This document shows positions 51,101 to 59,778 of a DNA stretch of 62,147 nt, piece after piece (positions within the stretch are counted from its first letter, which is position 1; the number at the start of each line of letters is the position of its first letter). Source of the stretch: a virus. The notes beneath the pieces are model-generated. The model searched no databases and was not told the origin of the DNA. It saw only the letters and a list, made by a program, of their open reading frames with translations. Both the position numbers and the translations under genes were made by a program. The stretch is taken from positions 1 to 62,147 of IMG/VR virus record IMGVR_UViG_3300015203_000002. One strand, given 5' to 3'.

Positions 51101-51309
51101 ATCGATTGTTCATAGTCAGCAGCCATCTGTCGCGCTTGCGCTGCAATAGCCACCACTGCCACGCCCACGCCAAGGATCGCGCCACCTGCCAACTTCGCAA
51201 ATTTGGTATTCGCGTCTTGTGTTGCCATGCTCATGCCAAGCAAGTCGGCTTTTGCCTTCGTTGCGCCTTGCACGCTGACCATTGCGACTAAATTAGCGAC
51301 CGTAACCAT
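48199..51309 (-). CDS. Tape measure protein with a C-terminal lytic transglycosylase (SLT) motif
   Basis: 1036 aa. Central TM cluster. Repeated NWF/NWI ~22-aa units. [29 protein letters not shown]. Confidence 0.9.
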   Translation of the reverse strand: [1036 protein letters not shown]

Positions 51310-51314
51310 GTGCC

Positions 51315-51518
51315 CTACTTTCGGGTATCGAGTATCTTTTGTGCTTGTGCCTCAGCAGACATCGCAATCAGCGCCTTATCCCGCCAATACACCGATTGAT
51401 CGACCAATTCCCACGGTGCAACGTTCAAGTATTTGGCCGCTTGCATCACGGCGTACCAATCAGGACAATAGGCGGTTTCCGTCTCTTCACCCAACACCAA
51501 ATAGCGGCGCAACCCCAT
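51315..51518 (-). CDS. Tail assembly chaperone, T-like ORF (in the -1 frame relative to the upstream ORF)
   Basis: The ATG overlaps the upstream stop (TGATG). The -1 frame is open for 13 codons upstream. Confidence 0.5.
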   Translation of the reverse strand: MGLRRYLVLGEETETAYCPDWYAVMQAAKYLNVAPWELVDQSVYWRDKALIAMSAEAQAQKILDTRK

Positions 51519-51877
51519 CAGTTCTGAGTTGACACCGCCGTGATTTCCGGGCGCATATCACTCAGAATCGCCCCTGAGACATCAGCGCGAAACATCCACG
51601 GCAATTTCTGTATCTTGTCGGGCGTCAGTTCGTACATCACCGTGCATGCATCGTCCTCAAACACATCCCAGCGTGCAATCACCTCACACAACATCTGATT
51701 GAAGGTGTGGAAGCGTGCAAGAAACGTGCTTTCCTCCATCGATTGCAGTGCCAGGCTTGCGCCAATAAACTCTTCGGTCACCTTGCCGGGATAATAGGTG
51801 ATCGAAATGTCTTCTTCCATGAAACGCACGCTAATCTGTGCAAGTTTGCTCACCATCGCGTGAAAACTGATAGGCAT
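51518..51877 (-). CDS. Tail assembly chaperone, G-like
   Basis: Lies between the major tail and tape-measure genes. Start MPISFH after AAGGAA. Confidence 0.55.
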   Translation of the reverse strand: MPISFHAMVSKLAQISVRFMEEDISITYYPGKVTEEFIGASLALQSMEESTFLARFHTFNQMLCEVIARWDVFEDDACTVMYELTPDKIQKLPWMFRADVSGAILSDMRPEITAVSTQN

Positions 51878-51888
51878 GTATTGTTCCT

Positions 51889-53163
51889 TTATAGTGCAGT
51901 AATCACGTTCGTGACCGTAAACACTTGTGCTTTTGTCCACACCGGATCTTCAATCACGTTGCACTCCCATTCAATCGCAAACACCCCTTGCTCATCAGCA
52001 AACGCGCTTGGTTGCCCGATTTTCACGGCCATATCATGACGAAACTCGTTGAACACCTGTGTTTGCGTGATCAGGAAGGTACCACCGGTTAAGCCTGCGC
52101 CACTTCCAGTGATAGCCGTGAGGTCGGTTGCAAGCGTGGTGAGGAGCGAGATGACATAGGGACCACCCGCGCCGCCTGTAACCGTGACCGTACCAGCCGG
52201 GAAGGAGGAGAGCAGTAAGAGCGCGGTCTGTACGGTTGCGCCCGTTGCACCGAAGGCAATACCCGCCGTCGTTTGCCCCTTGTATGTAAGCGTGAACGTG
52301 CCTGCTGACGGGGCACCCAATGACACGGTTTGATTGTTGTCAATCACACCCCCAAGCGCCTGCACGCGGATGTAGTAGGTGGTACCGGTTTGCAGGTACC
52401 CGAGCAGCGCCATGCCCAACACATCGGCTTCTAGTTTGAGTTTGAGCGTTGCCTTTGGCATGAGATCGACATGTGCTGTCCACGAGGCTTGTGCACGGTT
52501 GAGCGGATAGAGCGGTCCGTATACGTTGGTCATGACATAATCGACACTGAGCGCACGAGTGAGCAGTGTGGTACCAAGCGCCGCCTGCGTTGCATCAAGA
52601 TAGACGTTGACTTGTTTGGCAACCACCGGCGCAATCGCTACCGGTGTAGGGCTTGCAGTCAGCGTGATGGCGTTTTGCAGCGCTTGCGCAATCATCTTGC
52701 CTGAACAACTAAAGTCTTTGCGTGTGCCTTTATAGCCAAATTCGGTAAACAACCCATACACGAACTTATGGGCAATGACCGTATCACCCTGCTCAACCGT
52801 GTAGGTTTGGGGCACGATAGAACCTGATGTGGGCGGCGTGTAGATCCAATCCTTCGCAATCGTTGACCCGGCATGCGAGGCAGGCACAACAGACCCACAC
52901 ACACCTGCAAGCGGGTACGGTACGCCGTTATAGTCGAGATTGCCGCCAACGGAGACATCCACCCACTCAGTATTTTCTTCCTGCACATTGGGGTATTTGT
53001 GACCAGTGGGGGTATAGAGCGCGATATCGGCTTGGATGTCCACCGAGAAGTCAAAACATTCTAGTATCTTATTCGCAGGAACGCTTGTACCAAGTGCAGT
53101 AGTGGCTTCTGCCCCTATTTGCGGTTTTTGGTTTATCGTCTGTCTTTCAGGCAACCAAGGCAT
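51889..53163 (-). CDS. Major tail protein (424 aa)
   Basis: Called from its position after the tail terminator and before the chaperones. No sheath/tube pair is present. Confidence 0.65.
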   Translation of the reverse strand: MPWLPERQTINQKPQIGAEATTALGTSVPANKILECFDFSVDIQADIALYTPTGHKYPNVQEENTEWVDVSVGGNLDYNGVPYPLAGVCGSVVPASHAGSTIAKDWIYTPPTSGSIVPQTYTVEQGDTVIAHKFVYGLFTEFGYKGTRKDFSCSGKMIAQALQNAITLTASPTPVAIAPVVAKQVNVYLDATQAALGTTLLTRALSVDYVMTNVYGPLYPLNRAQASWTAHVDLMPKATLKLKLEADVLGMALLGYLQTGTTYYIRVQALGGVIDNNQTVSLGAPSAGTFTLTYKGQTTAGIAFGATGATVQTALLLLSSFPAGTVTVTGGAGGPYVISLLTTLATDLTAITGSGAGLTGGTFLITQTQVFNEFRHDMAVKIGQPSAFADEQGVFAIEWECNVIEDPVWTKAQVFTVTNVITAL

Positions 53164-53263
53164 GTGACTCTTCTCCCATCACCCTCTGCCTGACTCACTC
53201 CGAGAGAGGAGAGAAACTCGCAATGAGCCAAGCACAAGGTACGAAATGCTGTATTAACGCTAA

Positions 53264-53683
53264 TCACACACCTTGCAAATAGATACGGTATAATCCCCCT
53301 AGATGTGCGTAGGGCTTCCCATTGATGATTTCGTTATACGAGAGTGTTTGCTCTCGAAAACTACTGAGCACTCCACCGGTTGATAACCCGACCGGACCCA
53401 CACGCTTGAACAGTGCATCGATCCTATCGGCAATCGTGACCAGCGCGGCATAATTGCTCGTCGGGCCGATCGCTTTGATTTGCATCAGGATATTCACAAA
53501 CAAACGAGCGGCGTTCATCGTAAGTGCATCGGTGCCTGCCTGTTGATTGACAATCACGATAGGCCCGACTGTGCCACTATCCGCGCTTCCTTGCCACACA
53601 CCGCCGCTTGCCGCCGCCGTGAGTGCGGTATCAGCGCGCATCGTCGTGACCGTCCATTGGTAGGCTTGCGCGATCTCACTCAC
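53264..53683 (-). CDS. Tail terminator/tail completion protein (DUF3168-like)
   Basis: 139 aa, in the position between the gp10-like protein and the major tail protein. Confidence 0.5.
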   Translation of the reverse strand: MSEIAQAYQWTVTTMRADTALTAAASGGVWQGSADSGTVGPIVIVNQQAGTDALTMNAARLFVNILMQIKAIGPTSNYAALVTIADRIDALFKRVGPVGLSTGGVLSSFREQTLSYNEIINGKPYAHLGGLYRIYLQGV

Positions 53684-54018
53684 GAAAGTTTCCCCGGTAT
53701 TTTGCTCACCTCATCCTCTAAGACGCCGCCTGATTGCTCTATGCCAGGTTCTACGAACGGGCGTGCAGGCTGGTAGCGTGTCCCATAATTGGGGTATATC
53801 CAATAATCCACACCAATCACCACATTCTTTTCGAGCGGCGTGTCTCCATCCTCCACCGCGACACTATTGAGCATATCCCCGGTCACGATCTGCCCATTGG
53901 CAACGATGAAGCCTTGAATATTAGCGACCACCGCCTGAGCAACAGGATCAACCATTTCCGTACACGCGATATCGAGTTTTGCTGCTATCTCTGCAAAGTG
54001 ATTGAAGGACTCATCCAT
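53680..54018 (-). CDS. HK97 gp10-like head-tail joining protein
   Basis: GDMLNSV...NYGTRYQPARPFVEPG. Confidence 0.6.
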   Translation of the reverse strand: MDESFNHFAEIAAKLDIACTEMVDPVAQAVVANIQGFIVANGQIVTGDMLNSVAVEDGDTPLEKNVVIGVDYWIYPNYGTRYQPARPFVEPGIEQSGGVLEDEVSKIPGKLS

Positions 54019-54025
54019 GCTTCAC

Positions 54026-54382
54026 CTACGCTATCGTCGTGATTAAACACTCATTGGCGAATGTGTAACTTTCCGCATTCAATATTTCTTGTACCACCCA
54101 TGTTTTGCTGTTATACAGGATTTGATCCCACTGCCTGATATCGCTTACAGGCATGAACCGCAACACCAGCGCACGCTGTGAGCCAATCACATCGGCAAAG
54201 AGCCTGAGCGTGCTATCAGACGGCTTGACCACGTTACAGAGTGGCGTGCCCACCGTTGCATAGGACTCAGTGGTATGCCCATAGCCGTCGTTCGTGGGTG
54301 TACGACGTTGTACCGTGATGCTCACATCCAGGCTTGCCGCTACCGTCGCATTCATGTTTGCCAGTTCAGACGCACTCAGCAT
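54026..54382 (-). CDS. Head closure / head-tail adaptor protein
   Basis: ITVQRRTPTNDGYGHTTESYATVGTPLCNVVKPS...ILYNSKTWVVQEI fits the head-tail joining pattern. Confidence 0.55.
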   Translation of the reverse strand: MLSASELANMNATVAASLDVSITVQRRTPTNDGYGHTTESYATVGTPLCNVVKPSDSTLRLFADVIGSQRALVLRFMPVSDIRQWDQILYNSKTWVVQEILNAESYTFANECLITTIA

Positions 54383-54385
54383 GCC

Positions 54386-54991
54386 TTATCCTCTCGCAAT
54401 ATAATCGGTTTCCGTTGCCTTGAGTGAGATGCCACTTGCACCCCCTGCAATATCAGCGCGTGCAAGGCTGATGGTCAGCGCTCGCTGTTTGGCGCGGTAA
54501 CTGTGTGCCAACTTTAGCAATTTGTCCGTCGCCTGTGAGCGTTGGAACGACTGGCTATCACTGGTGAAACTGTACAAAAGTACCCATTTGGCCGCCCACC
54601 GTTCTAGCAAGTCAGCAGCAGCGCGGTAGCAGTCATACGATTTGCCGTAAATGTACAAAGGTGGCAACGTCGTCGTGCTATACGTAAAATGTCCGACAAT
54701 CGGCTCTATCGTGGTTGGGGTCGTGAGAATGGTACGATACTGCTTGATGATCAGATCGTCCTCCCAATTGCCCATACCCGGATCACTATAGTAGTCAAGG
54801 TATTGCACGCTTGAACCGCTATACGTGGCGACTGGACGTAGCGCAAGGTTTTGCACGTCTAAGCGCGTTTCGTCCATCACGTTTTGTACATCTTGATCGG
54901 TAAAAATTTGGCCTGAGCCAAGAGGGAGCGTATCGTTGGTGAGTACACGGACTCGCGAGATCAAATTCGCCATTGTTGCGCGTACTGCCAT
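54386..54991 (-). CDS. Head-tail connector-like protein (201 aa)
   Basis: Called from position. N-terminus is MANLISRVRVLTND. Confidence 0.5.
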   Translation of the reverse strand: MAVRATMANLISRVRVLTNDTLPLGSGQIFTDQDVQNVMDETRLDVQNLALRPVATYSGSSVQYLDYYSDPGMGNWEDDLIIKQYRTILTTPTTIEPIVGHFTYSTTTLPPLYIYGKSYDCYRAAADLLERWAAKWVLLYSFTSDSQSFQRSQATDKLLKLAHSYRAKQRALTISLARADIAGGASGISLKATETDYIARG

Positions 54992-55012
54992 GATAACCCC
55001 CTTTCTCTTGTC

Positions 55013-55408
55013 TTATGGTCTCGCTAACTGAATGTCACCGATATATTGTATCGTGGGTGTTGAACCCGCTCCTGAGAACGTTGCGGTTAAACGTATCTGT
55101 GTGCCGTTGACAATGCTGGTAGGGCTAATATCAAAGGGTATCCACAATTCACCAGCCTGCACGGTTGTAGTTAAATTGATGAGTGGTGCCACAAAGTCAA
55201 CGTTCCACAGCGTGGGCACGCCATCATAACAGACATCGATACTGAACGCTACGGCGTTACTACCGGATGCATTAGATGCTGCACTATAAATCACTCTTGC
55301 CTTTAATCCGCGTCGTGGCGTACCTGTAGCAAGAATGAGCGCAGCGCCCGAAAAAGTGGCAACTTTGGTAACAGATGGTTGAAGTTGCAATAGGGCATCA
55401 GTTGGCAT
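55013..55408 (-). CDS. Hypothetical head-module protein (131 aa; possible decoration)
   Basis: Beta-rich. Lies downstream of the capsid gene. Confidence 0.55.
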   Translation of the reverse strand: MPTDALLQLQPSVTKVATFSGAALILATGTPRRGLKARVIYSAASNASGSNAVAFSIDVCYDGVPTLWNVDFVAPLINLTTTVQAGELWIPFDISPTSIVNGTQIRLTATFSGAGSTPTIQYIGDIQLARP

Positions 55409-55781
55409 TATGCGCCTCCTCTTCCTCTGTAGTGGTAGGATAGTGCACCGTTTCTGGTGATGCGTCTGTTACCGGGAATTGTAAGGGTTGTACCGGTTGC
55501 TCATCCTGTTCTTGTTGCGCGGTTTCAGCAGCCTCTTTCACTGCTCGTGCTTTAGCGGCTTTTTCGTCCTCAATCGTGGGGTCAAGGCCATGTGCATGCC
55601 CAACGTGGAGTGCAAACAGGGTCAACACACGCCCGAGCTCATGATCACGCAAGGTGATACCTGCTACGGCGTCGCGCAACTCCTGAAACGCTTCTGGCTG
55701 CATGTGCATCTGTACGTCAGGTGCTTCGGCAGGGGTGACACTCTCATCAGGTGTGAGAGGAGCGGTATAATAGTCAGTCAT
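55398..55781 (-). CDS. Hypothetical acidic head-module protein (127 aa)
   Basis: Start chosen at MTDYYT after AAAGGA. Confidence 0.5.
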   Translation of the reverse strand: MTDYYTAPLTPDESVTPAEAPDVQMHMQPEAFQELRDAVAGITLRDHELGRVLTLFALHVGHAHGLDPTIEDEKAAKARAVKEAAETAQQEQDEQPVQPLQFPVTDASPETVHYPTTTEEEEAHNAN

Positions 55782-55800
55782 TATCGTATCCTTTCTCACG

Positions 55801-56805
55801 CTAAATGGAGATGTCGTATAAACGTGCAATAGAGCGATTTGATGCATTCACAAGCCCAACACACCAGTCGATTAGTGTGCGATAGATCGCGCCATTGTAG
55901 ATTAAACCCATATCTTGCACATTTGGTGGGTTAAATTGCCAGCCGAAGAACGCATCGGTTCCATAATTCACGGCGTAAATGCTCGTGAACGTGCCACCTG
56001 TGGGAGCGCCGAGCGCACTCTCAATCTTGGGGATAATCTGTGTGGTTTGATCGGCCTTATAGCCGGGATCACGCAGGATCGCGCCTTTGTACATTTGGAT
56101 TGTGCGATTGAACTGATCCTGTGTGATGGCAAGACCTCCGCTCGTGCCCATCAACCGAAGCGCAAAGTTGAAGCGCCGTTTCATGACTTCATTCATGTAG
56201 AGGATGACGCCGGTGCCGTCTGGACTGCCTACACTCCATAAGAGTTGATCGAGGAATTCTAAGAACTTGTTCGCAGTCGCTTGGGTTGCACCGGCTTGGG
56301 TCATGAGTACCCCACCAGCATCGATCTTGTTTTCAGGACGTACGCCATAGGTGGAGCCGTTATCAATGCGGAACTTGAGACCAACGGGCGCATTAATATC
56401 ACCAGTGACGTGATCGTTGGCGAAAAACTTATAGTTGAGGTCATAGGTGAGCGCTTTGAGGTACGCCTCTGCTTGCACGGCGCGAGGGTTCACAATGGCG
56501 TTCTCTTCTTCCACGAGGTACTTATCCACGTCAATGTAGTTGCGGATAATGTACGCCTGCTCTTGATAGGGCGCGGGTGTGCCTTTGGTGGTCACGCCTT
56601 CTGCGTTCAACTGCGACCAGTTGACGGTTGGAAGGTTGCCTTCAAAACGTGCGCCATTGATCGTGAGGCTCTTTTTTGAGACCAACGGCACGTCTTGAAT
56701 GATATTACTGTAGAGGATCAGGGAATAACTTACTGCTTGCACTAACGGTTGATTGCTCATTTGTGCATAGTCAGCGAGTGTTAATGTCCCTGTGGCAATA
56801 GCCAT
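55801..56805 (-). CDS. Major capsid protein (HK97-fold type)
   Basis: Start MAIATGTLTLADYAQ lies 8 nt after GGAG. 334 aa. Follows the scaffold gene. Confidence 0.8.
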   Translation of the reverse strand: MAIATGTLTLADYAQMSNQPLVQAVSYSLILYSNIIQDVPLVSKKSLTINGARFEGNLPTVNWSQLNAEGVTTKGTPAPYQEQAYIIRNYIDVDKYLVEEENAIVNPRAVQAEAYLKALTYDLNYKFFANDHVTGDINAPVGLKFRIDNGSTYGVRPENKIDAGGVLMTQAGATQATANKFLEFLDQLLWSVGSPDGTGVILYMNEVMKRRFNFALRLMGTSGGLAITQDQFNRTIQMYKGAILRDPGYKADQTTQIIPKIESALGAPTGGTFTSIYAVNYGTDAFFGWQFNPPNVQDMGLIYNGAIYRTLIDWCVGLVNASNRSIARLYDISI

Positions 56806-56880
56806 AAGGGTAACTCCTATCATTCCCTGCACAACATCTATCAGTGATAGGTGCTAAGCACGAAATACAAGATATCTTGT

Positions 56881-57555
56881 CTAGATCGTATACAAGTCAC
56901 TTAAGCGCGGGATATGCCCCGGTCGCTGGTTCGTGGTTGGTGAGGTGATAGCCCCACGACCGGGGTTCATTGCCGGGATTGATGGTGTCTGTTGTGTTGG
57001 CGTACTAGCAGATTGAGCAGGTTCAGGCGTGGGTATAGCCGCCTTTTGTGCGACAAGATATTGGTTGCCTTTAATGAGCGCTTTAAGGGACTCATCCAGG
57101 TTCGTAGGCATCCCATCATCACCCACGACAAGCGTGTTATCACCCATGACACTCTTATCACGGAGTGCAGAGGCAACTAAGTCGGGATTGATAATGCCAA
57201 GCGCTTGTGCAGCCAACTTGACATGTGCATCCACGAGTTGCTTCTGGATTGCGGCAATCTTCTGTTCTGCTTCGGTTGCGCGCTTACTCGCCTTATCCAA
57301 CTCAGTTAAAGCCGCCTCTTGCACTTCACGTTCTTTTGCCTCATAGTCTGCGAGTCTCTTCTCTGCGGCTGTGAGGTTTTTGCCGTGTCGTTGGGCTTCC
57401 TGCTCTTTATTGGCGGCGTGGCGCTTCAACTCTTCAATCTGTGCTAATGCGTCTTCAATGCTCAATTTCGCAGGCGTCGCGCTTGCTGGTGTTCCCGTCG
57501 CGGGTGTCGCTAGTGGTGGTATCGCGCCCCCACTTGGCGTAGGTTCATCTGCCAT
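56881..57555 (-). CDS. Scaffolding protein
   Basis: Ala/Glu/Lys-rich coiled coil (IEELKRHAANKEQEAQRHGKNLTAAEKRLADYEAKEREVQEAAL). The start could instead be the TTG at 57585. Confidence 0.65.
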   Translation of the reverse strand: MADEPTPSGGAIPPLATPATGTPASATPAKLSIEDALAQIEELKRHAANKEQEAQRHGKNLTAAEKRLADYEAKEREVQEAALTELDKASKRATEAEQKIAAIQKQLVDAHVKLAAQALGIINPDLVASALRDKSVMGDNTLVVGDDGMPTNLDESLKALIKGNQYLVAQKAAIPTPEPAQSASTPTQQTPSIPAMNPGRGAITSPTTNQRPGHIPRLSDLYTI

Positions 57556-57594
57556 AAGTGTATGTTCTTTCTGCTTGCTTGTCAAGGCTTGTTG

Positions 57595-57864
57595 TTATCT
57601 CATAGGGAGAAGCTGTTGTAAGTCCAACTTGGCAACAGTAACCCCGGCGTCAATCGTCTGCATAAACGTGCTGAGGGTCGTACGTAGTTGGAGTAGTTCA
57701 CGCACGGTATCACTCATCACATCAATATGCTCGTCATCAGGATTGGTGTGCAGCGTGTCTCTATGGCGTTCTAGGATGATCAGCGCGGTATTCATCTCAT
57801 CGACGGTACGACGTTTAAAGTGTGGTGTGGCGGTTTTGAACTTGGTTGCAGTCATGATGCTCAC
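57595..57864 (-). CDS. Hypothetical protein (89 aa)
   Basis: ORF in series. Confidence 0.5.
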   Translation of the reverse strand: MSIMTATKFKTATPHFKRRTVDEMNTALIILERHRDTLHTNPDDEHIDVMSDTVRELLQLRTTLSTFMQTIDAGVTVAKLDLQQLLPMR

Positions 57865-57869
57865 TTTCT

Positions 57870-58079
57870 CTAATGGAAGGGCACATTGCGTTCAAGGGCA
57901 TGGATATTGTCGGCAATACGCTTTTGCTCACGTTTGACTTTGAGCCATTCACGCATGATCGCATCGACACCCTCGGCGTTGATCGTTTGGGTCAGTGCAA
58001 GACCGGGTGCAAGGATAATCTGAATGAGCATGCCTTGCTCGGTGATATGGATGTTCGCGCTACTTGTCGGTTGTTGCAT
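57870..58079 (-). CDS. Hypothetical protein (69 aa)
   Basis: Start MQQPTSS lies 8 nt after GAGGAG. Confidence 0.5.
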   Translation of the reverse strand: MQQPTSSANIHITEQGMLIQIILAPGLALTQTINAEGVDAIMREWLKVKREQKRIADNIHALERNVPFH

Positions 58080-58083
58080 GTAC

Positions 58084-58410
58084 TCACTCCTCTTGCGTAA
58101 GACTCTCGTTACAGCGATCAATAATATCATCCAGTGCGCGGTCAAGGATTGCAGGCCAGCGTGTCTCCCATGAGGTGTCAATCTCTAACTGAGCACGCCC
58201 ACGGATAGCCAGGATGTCACGTGCAAGCCCCGTGTTTTGTGCGTGCAGCAGCGTGGAGACGGCTTTCACGACCCCTAGCCACGCTGCACTGTGGATATAG
58301 ACCTGATGTCCCTGATCATCCGTGATCATGATGCGTTGCGATTGTGAGAGTGATACCTCAGTGAGATCGATCAGTTTGCCGTCAGGAGTGCGTGCTTCAA
58401 CAAGTGTCAT
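58084..58410 (-). CDS. Hypothetical protein (108 aa)
   Basis: ORF in series. Confidence 0.55.
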   Translation of the reverse strand: MTLVEARTPDGKLIDLTEVSLSQSQRIMITDDQGHQVYIHSAAWLGVVKAVSTLLHAQNTGLARDILAIRGRAQLEIDTSWETRWPAILDRALDDIIDRCNESLTQEE

Positions 58411-58705
58411 GAGTGCCCACCTCTTTCGGCAATGTGGTCATATCGGGTATGCCTTGGATCATCTGTTCAGGCGATGATCCAACCTCATCTCTGTAGCCGT
58501 GATCAAAGGCACGCAGTCGATCTAACTCATGAGTGCAATGACACGCAAGATCATACGCACGACGTGCTAGAAGTGTGTGCATGTGCCTCTCGAAACCCAC
58601 AACAACGAAGGGATCGCGCTCATGGGCAGCGTCTTTCTTCGCTTGCTCTATCTCCCTCCATAGCAACATGCCAAACTCGGCAAAGTGTGTATCACGATCA
58701 CTCAT
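58397..58705 (-). CDS. Hypothetical protein (102 aa)
   Basis: Start MSDRDTH lies 7 nt after GGAGGA. Confidence 0.5.
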   Translation of the reverse strand: MSDRDTHFAEFGMLLWREIEQAKKDAAHERDPFVVVGFERHMHTLLARRAYDLACHCTHELDRLRAFDHGYRDEVGSSPEQMIQGIPDMTTLPKEVGTHDTC

Positions 58706-58931
58706 GTGCATCCTCCTCTTTCGTGTATCCCCACTGTTGCGCAACCATATCACCTGTATCCCCTAACTGCTTCTCTATCCGCTCTAGCGTGTCGAGGACG
58801 TGAAAGAGCAGGTACGGGGTAAGCAATTCCCGTGCGGTCTCATCCCATCGCTCATTGAGTTGTGCGTATTCAACGACACGCTCAACAGTCTCTCTCATCG
58901 CTTGGCATGCTTCTTTGTCATACTGTTGCAT
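58698..58931 (-). CDS. Hypothetical protein (77 aa)
   Basis: ORF coupled to the yopX-like gene. Confidence 0.5.
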   Translation of the reverse strand: MQQYDKEACQAMRETVERVVEYAQLNERWDETARELLTPYLLFHVLDTLERIEKQLGDTGDMVAQQWGYTKEEDAHE

Positions 58932-59344
58932 TATTGCCCCCTTCTATGTTTCACCAGTTCAGGGTTCTCATGGATATTGCCGATGATTTCATATTTAGCA
59001 TAATCATCTATCCACGTTTCTGATTCATACCCGGTACTTTCATGAAAGGGGAGCAATAACCCTTGCTCGTCATAGCGCACAACCTCATGATGGTTGAAGG
59101 CGACAAGTTTAGAAGCATCGTAAGGGTAACCGTAGGGATTGACGATATCACCCTCATACACTTCTTTCCCGTGCATATCAAGCAAGCCAGTGAATTGCAT
59201 GATCTCAATATCAGCGAAGTGACCGCTTCCTGAGAATACGTCATCATGAGCACGGTACGCATCAAGTGTAAAATCAAGCATATCAACGGTAGCCATGAGA
59301 TGCGTGAACTTGTGCCATACACGAAACTTAATCTTTCTCATCAA
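58931..59344 (-). CDS. YopX-family protein
   Basis: KIKFRVW...MQFTGLLDMHGKEVYEGDIV...YEIIGNIHENPEL. Confidence 0.8.
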   Translation of the reverse strand: MMRKIKFRVWHKFTHLMATVDMLDFTLDAYRAHDDVFSGSGHFADIEIMQFTGLLDMHGKEVYEGDIVNPYGYPYDASKLVAFNHHEVVRYDEQGLLLPFHESTGYESETWIDDYAKYEIIGNIHENPELVKHRRGQ

Positions 59345-59778
59345 TCATTGCCTCTCACTTCGCATTGTTGACGGTGAGTGAGTTGCTCGTCAATTTGTTT
59401 CATGTACTCTTTGATATCCATGAACTTCGGCGCAAGTCTCTGCCTAAGTTCAAAATCGTTGAGAATAAACCACACTGCTATTTTTTCTTCACCGTGATAT
59501 TTCCAGATGCCAAAGTGGTGAACCTGCGCCATATCTCCCCAGTGATCAAAGATATAATGAACAAAAAAGCCCTGATCAAGAATGAAATGGATTATTTGCC
59601 CGATGGTTTGCGTGTCAACACGCTCACCTTGTTGTGCTAATCGTGCATTTTCCTGTCGCAAACGGGCATTTTCCTTGATGATGCCATCATACCCGTGTAG
59701 GTTCTGAGCATAAATCAATTCGTCAAGTTGATCTGTGCTCAGTCCACGATAGGAAAAGGGTGTATAGCCATTCATCAT
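59341..59778 (-). CDS. Hypothetical protein (145 aa)
   Basis: ATGA-type coupling to the portal and yopX-like genes. Confidence 0.55.
   Translation of the reverse strand: MMNGYTPFSYRGLSTDQLDELIYAQNLHGYDGIIKENARLRQENARLAQQGERVDTQTIGQIIHFILDQGFFVHYIFDHWGDMAQVHHFGIWKYHGEEKIAVWFILNDFELRQRLAPKFMDIKEYMKQIDEQLTHRQQCEVRGND

Noticed and set aside
51889-53163. Whether the 424-aa tail protein is a contractile sheath.
   Set aside because: Only two small ORFs lie between it and the tape measure. There is no separate tube gene and there are no baseplate wedge genes. The organisation fits a non-contractile tail with a large major tail protein.
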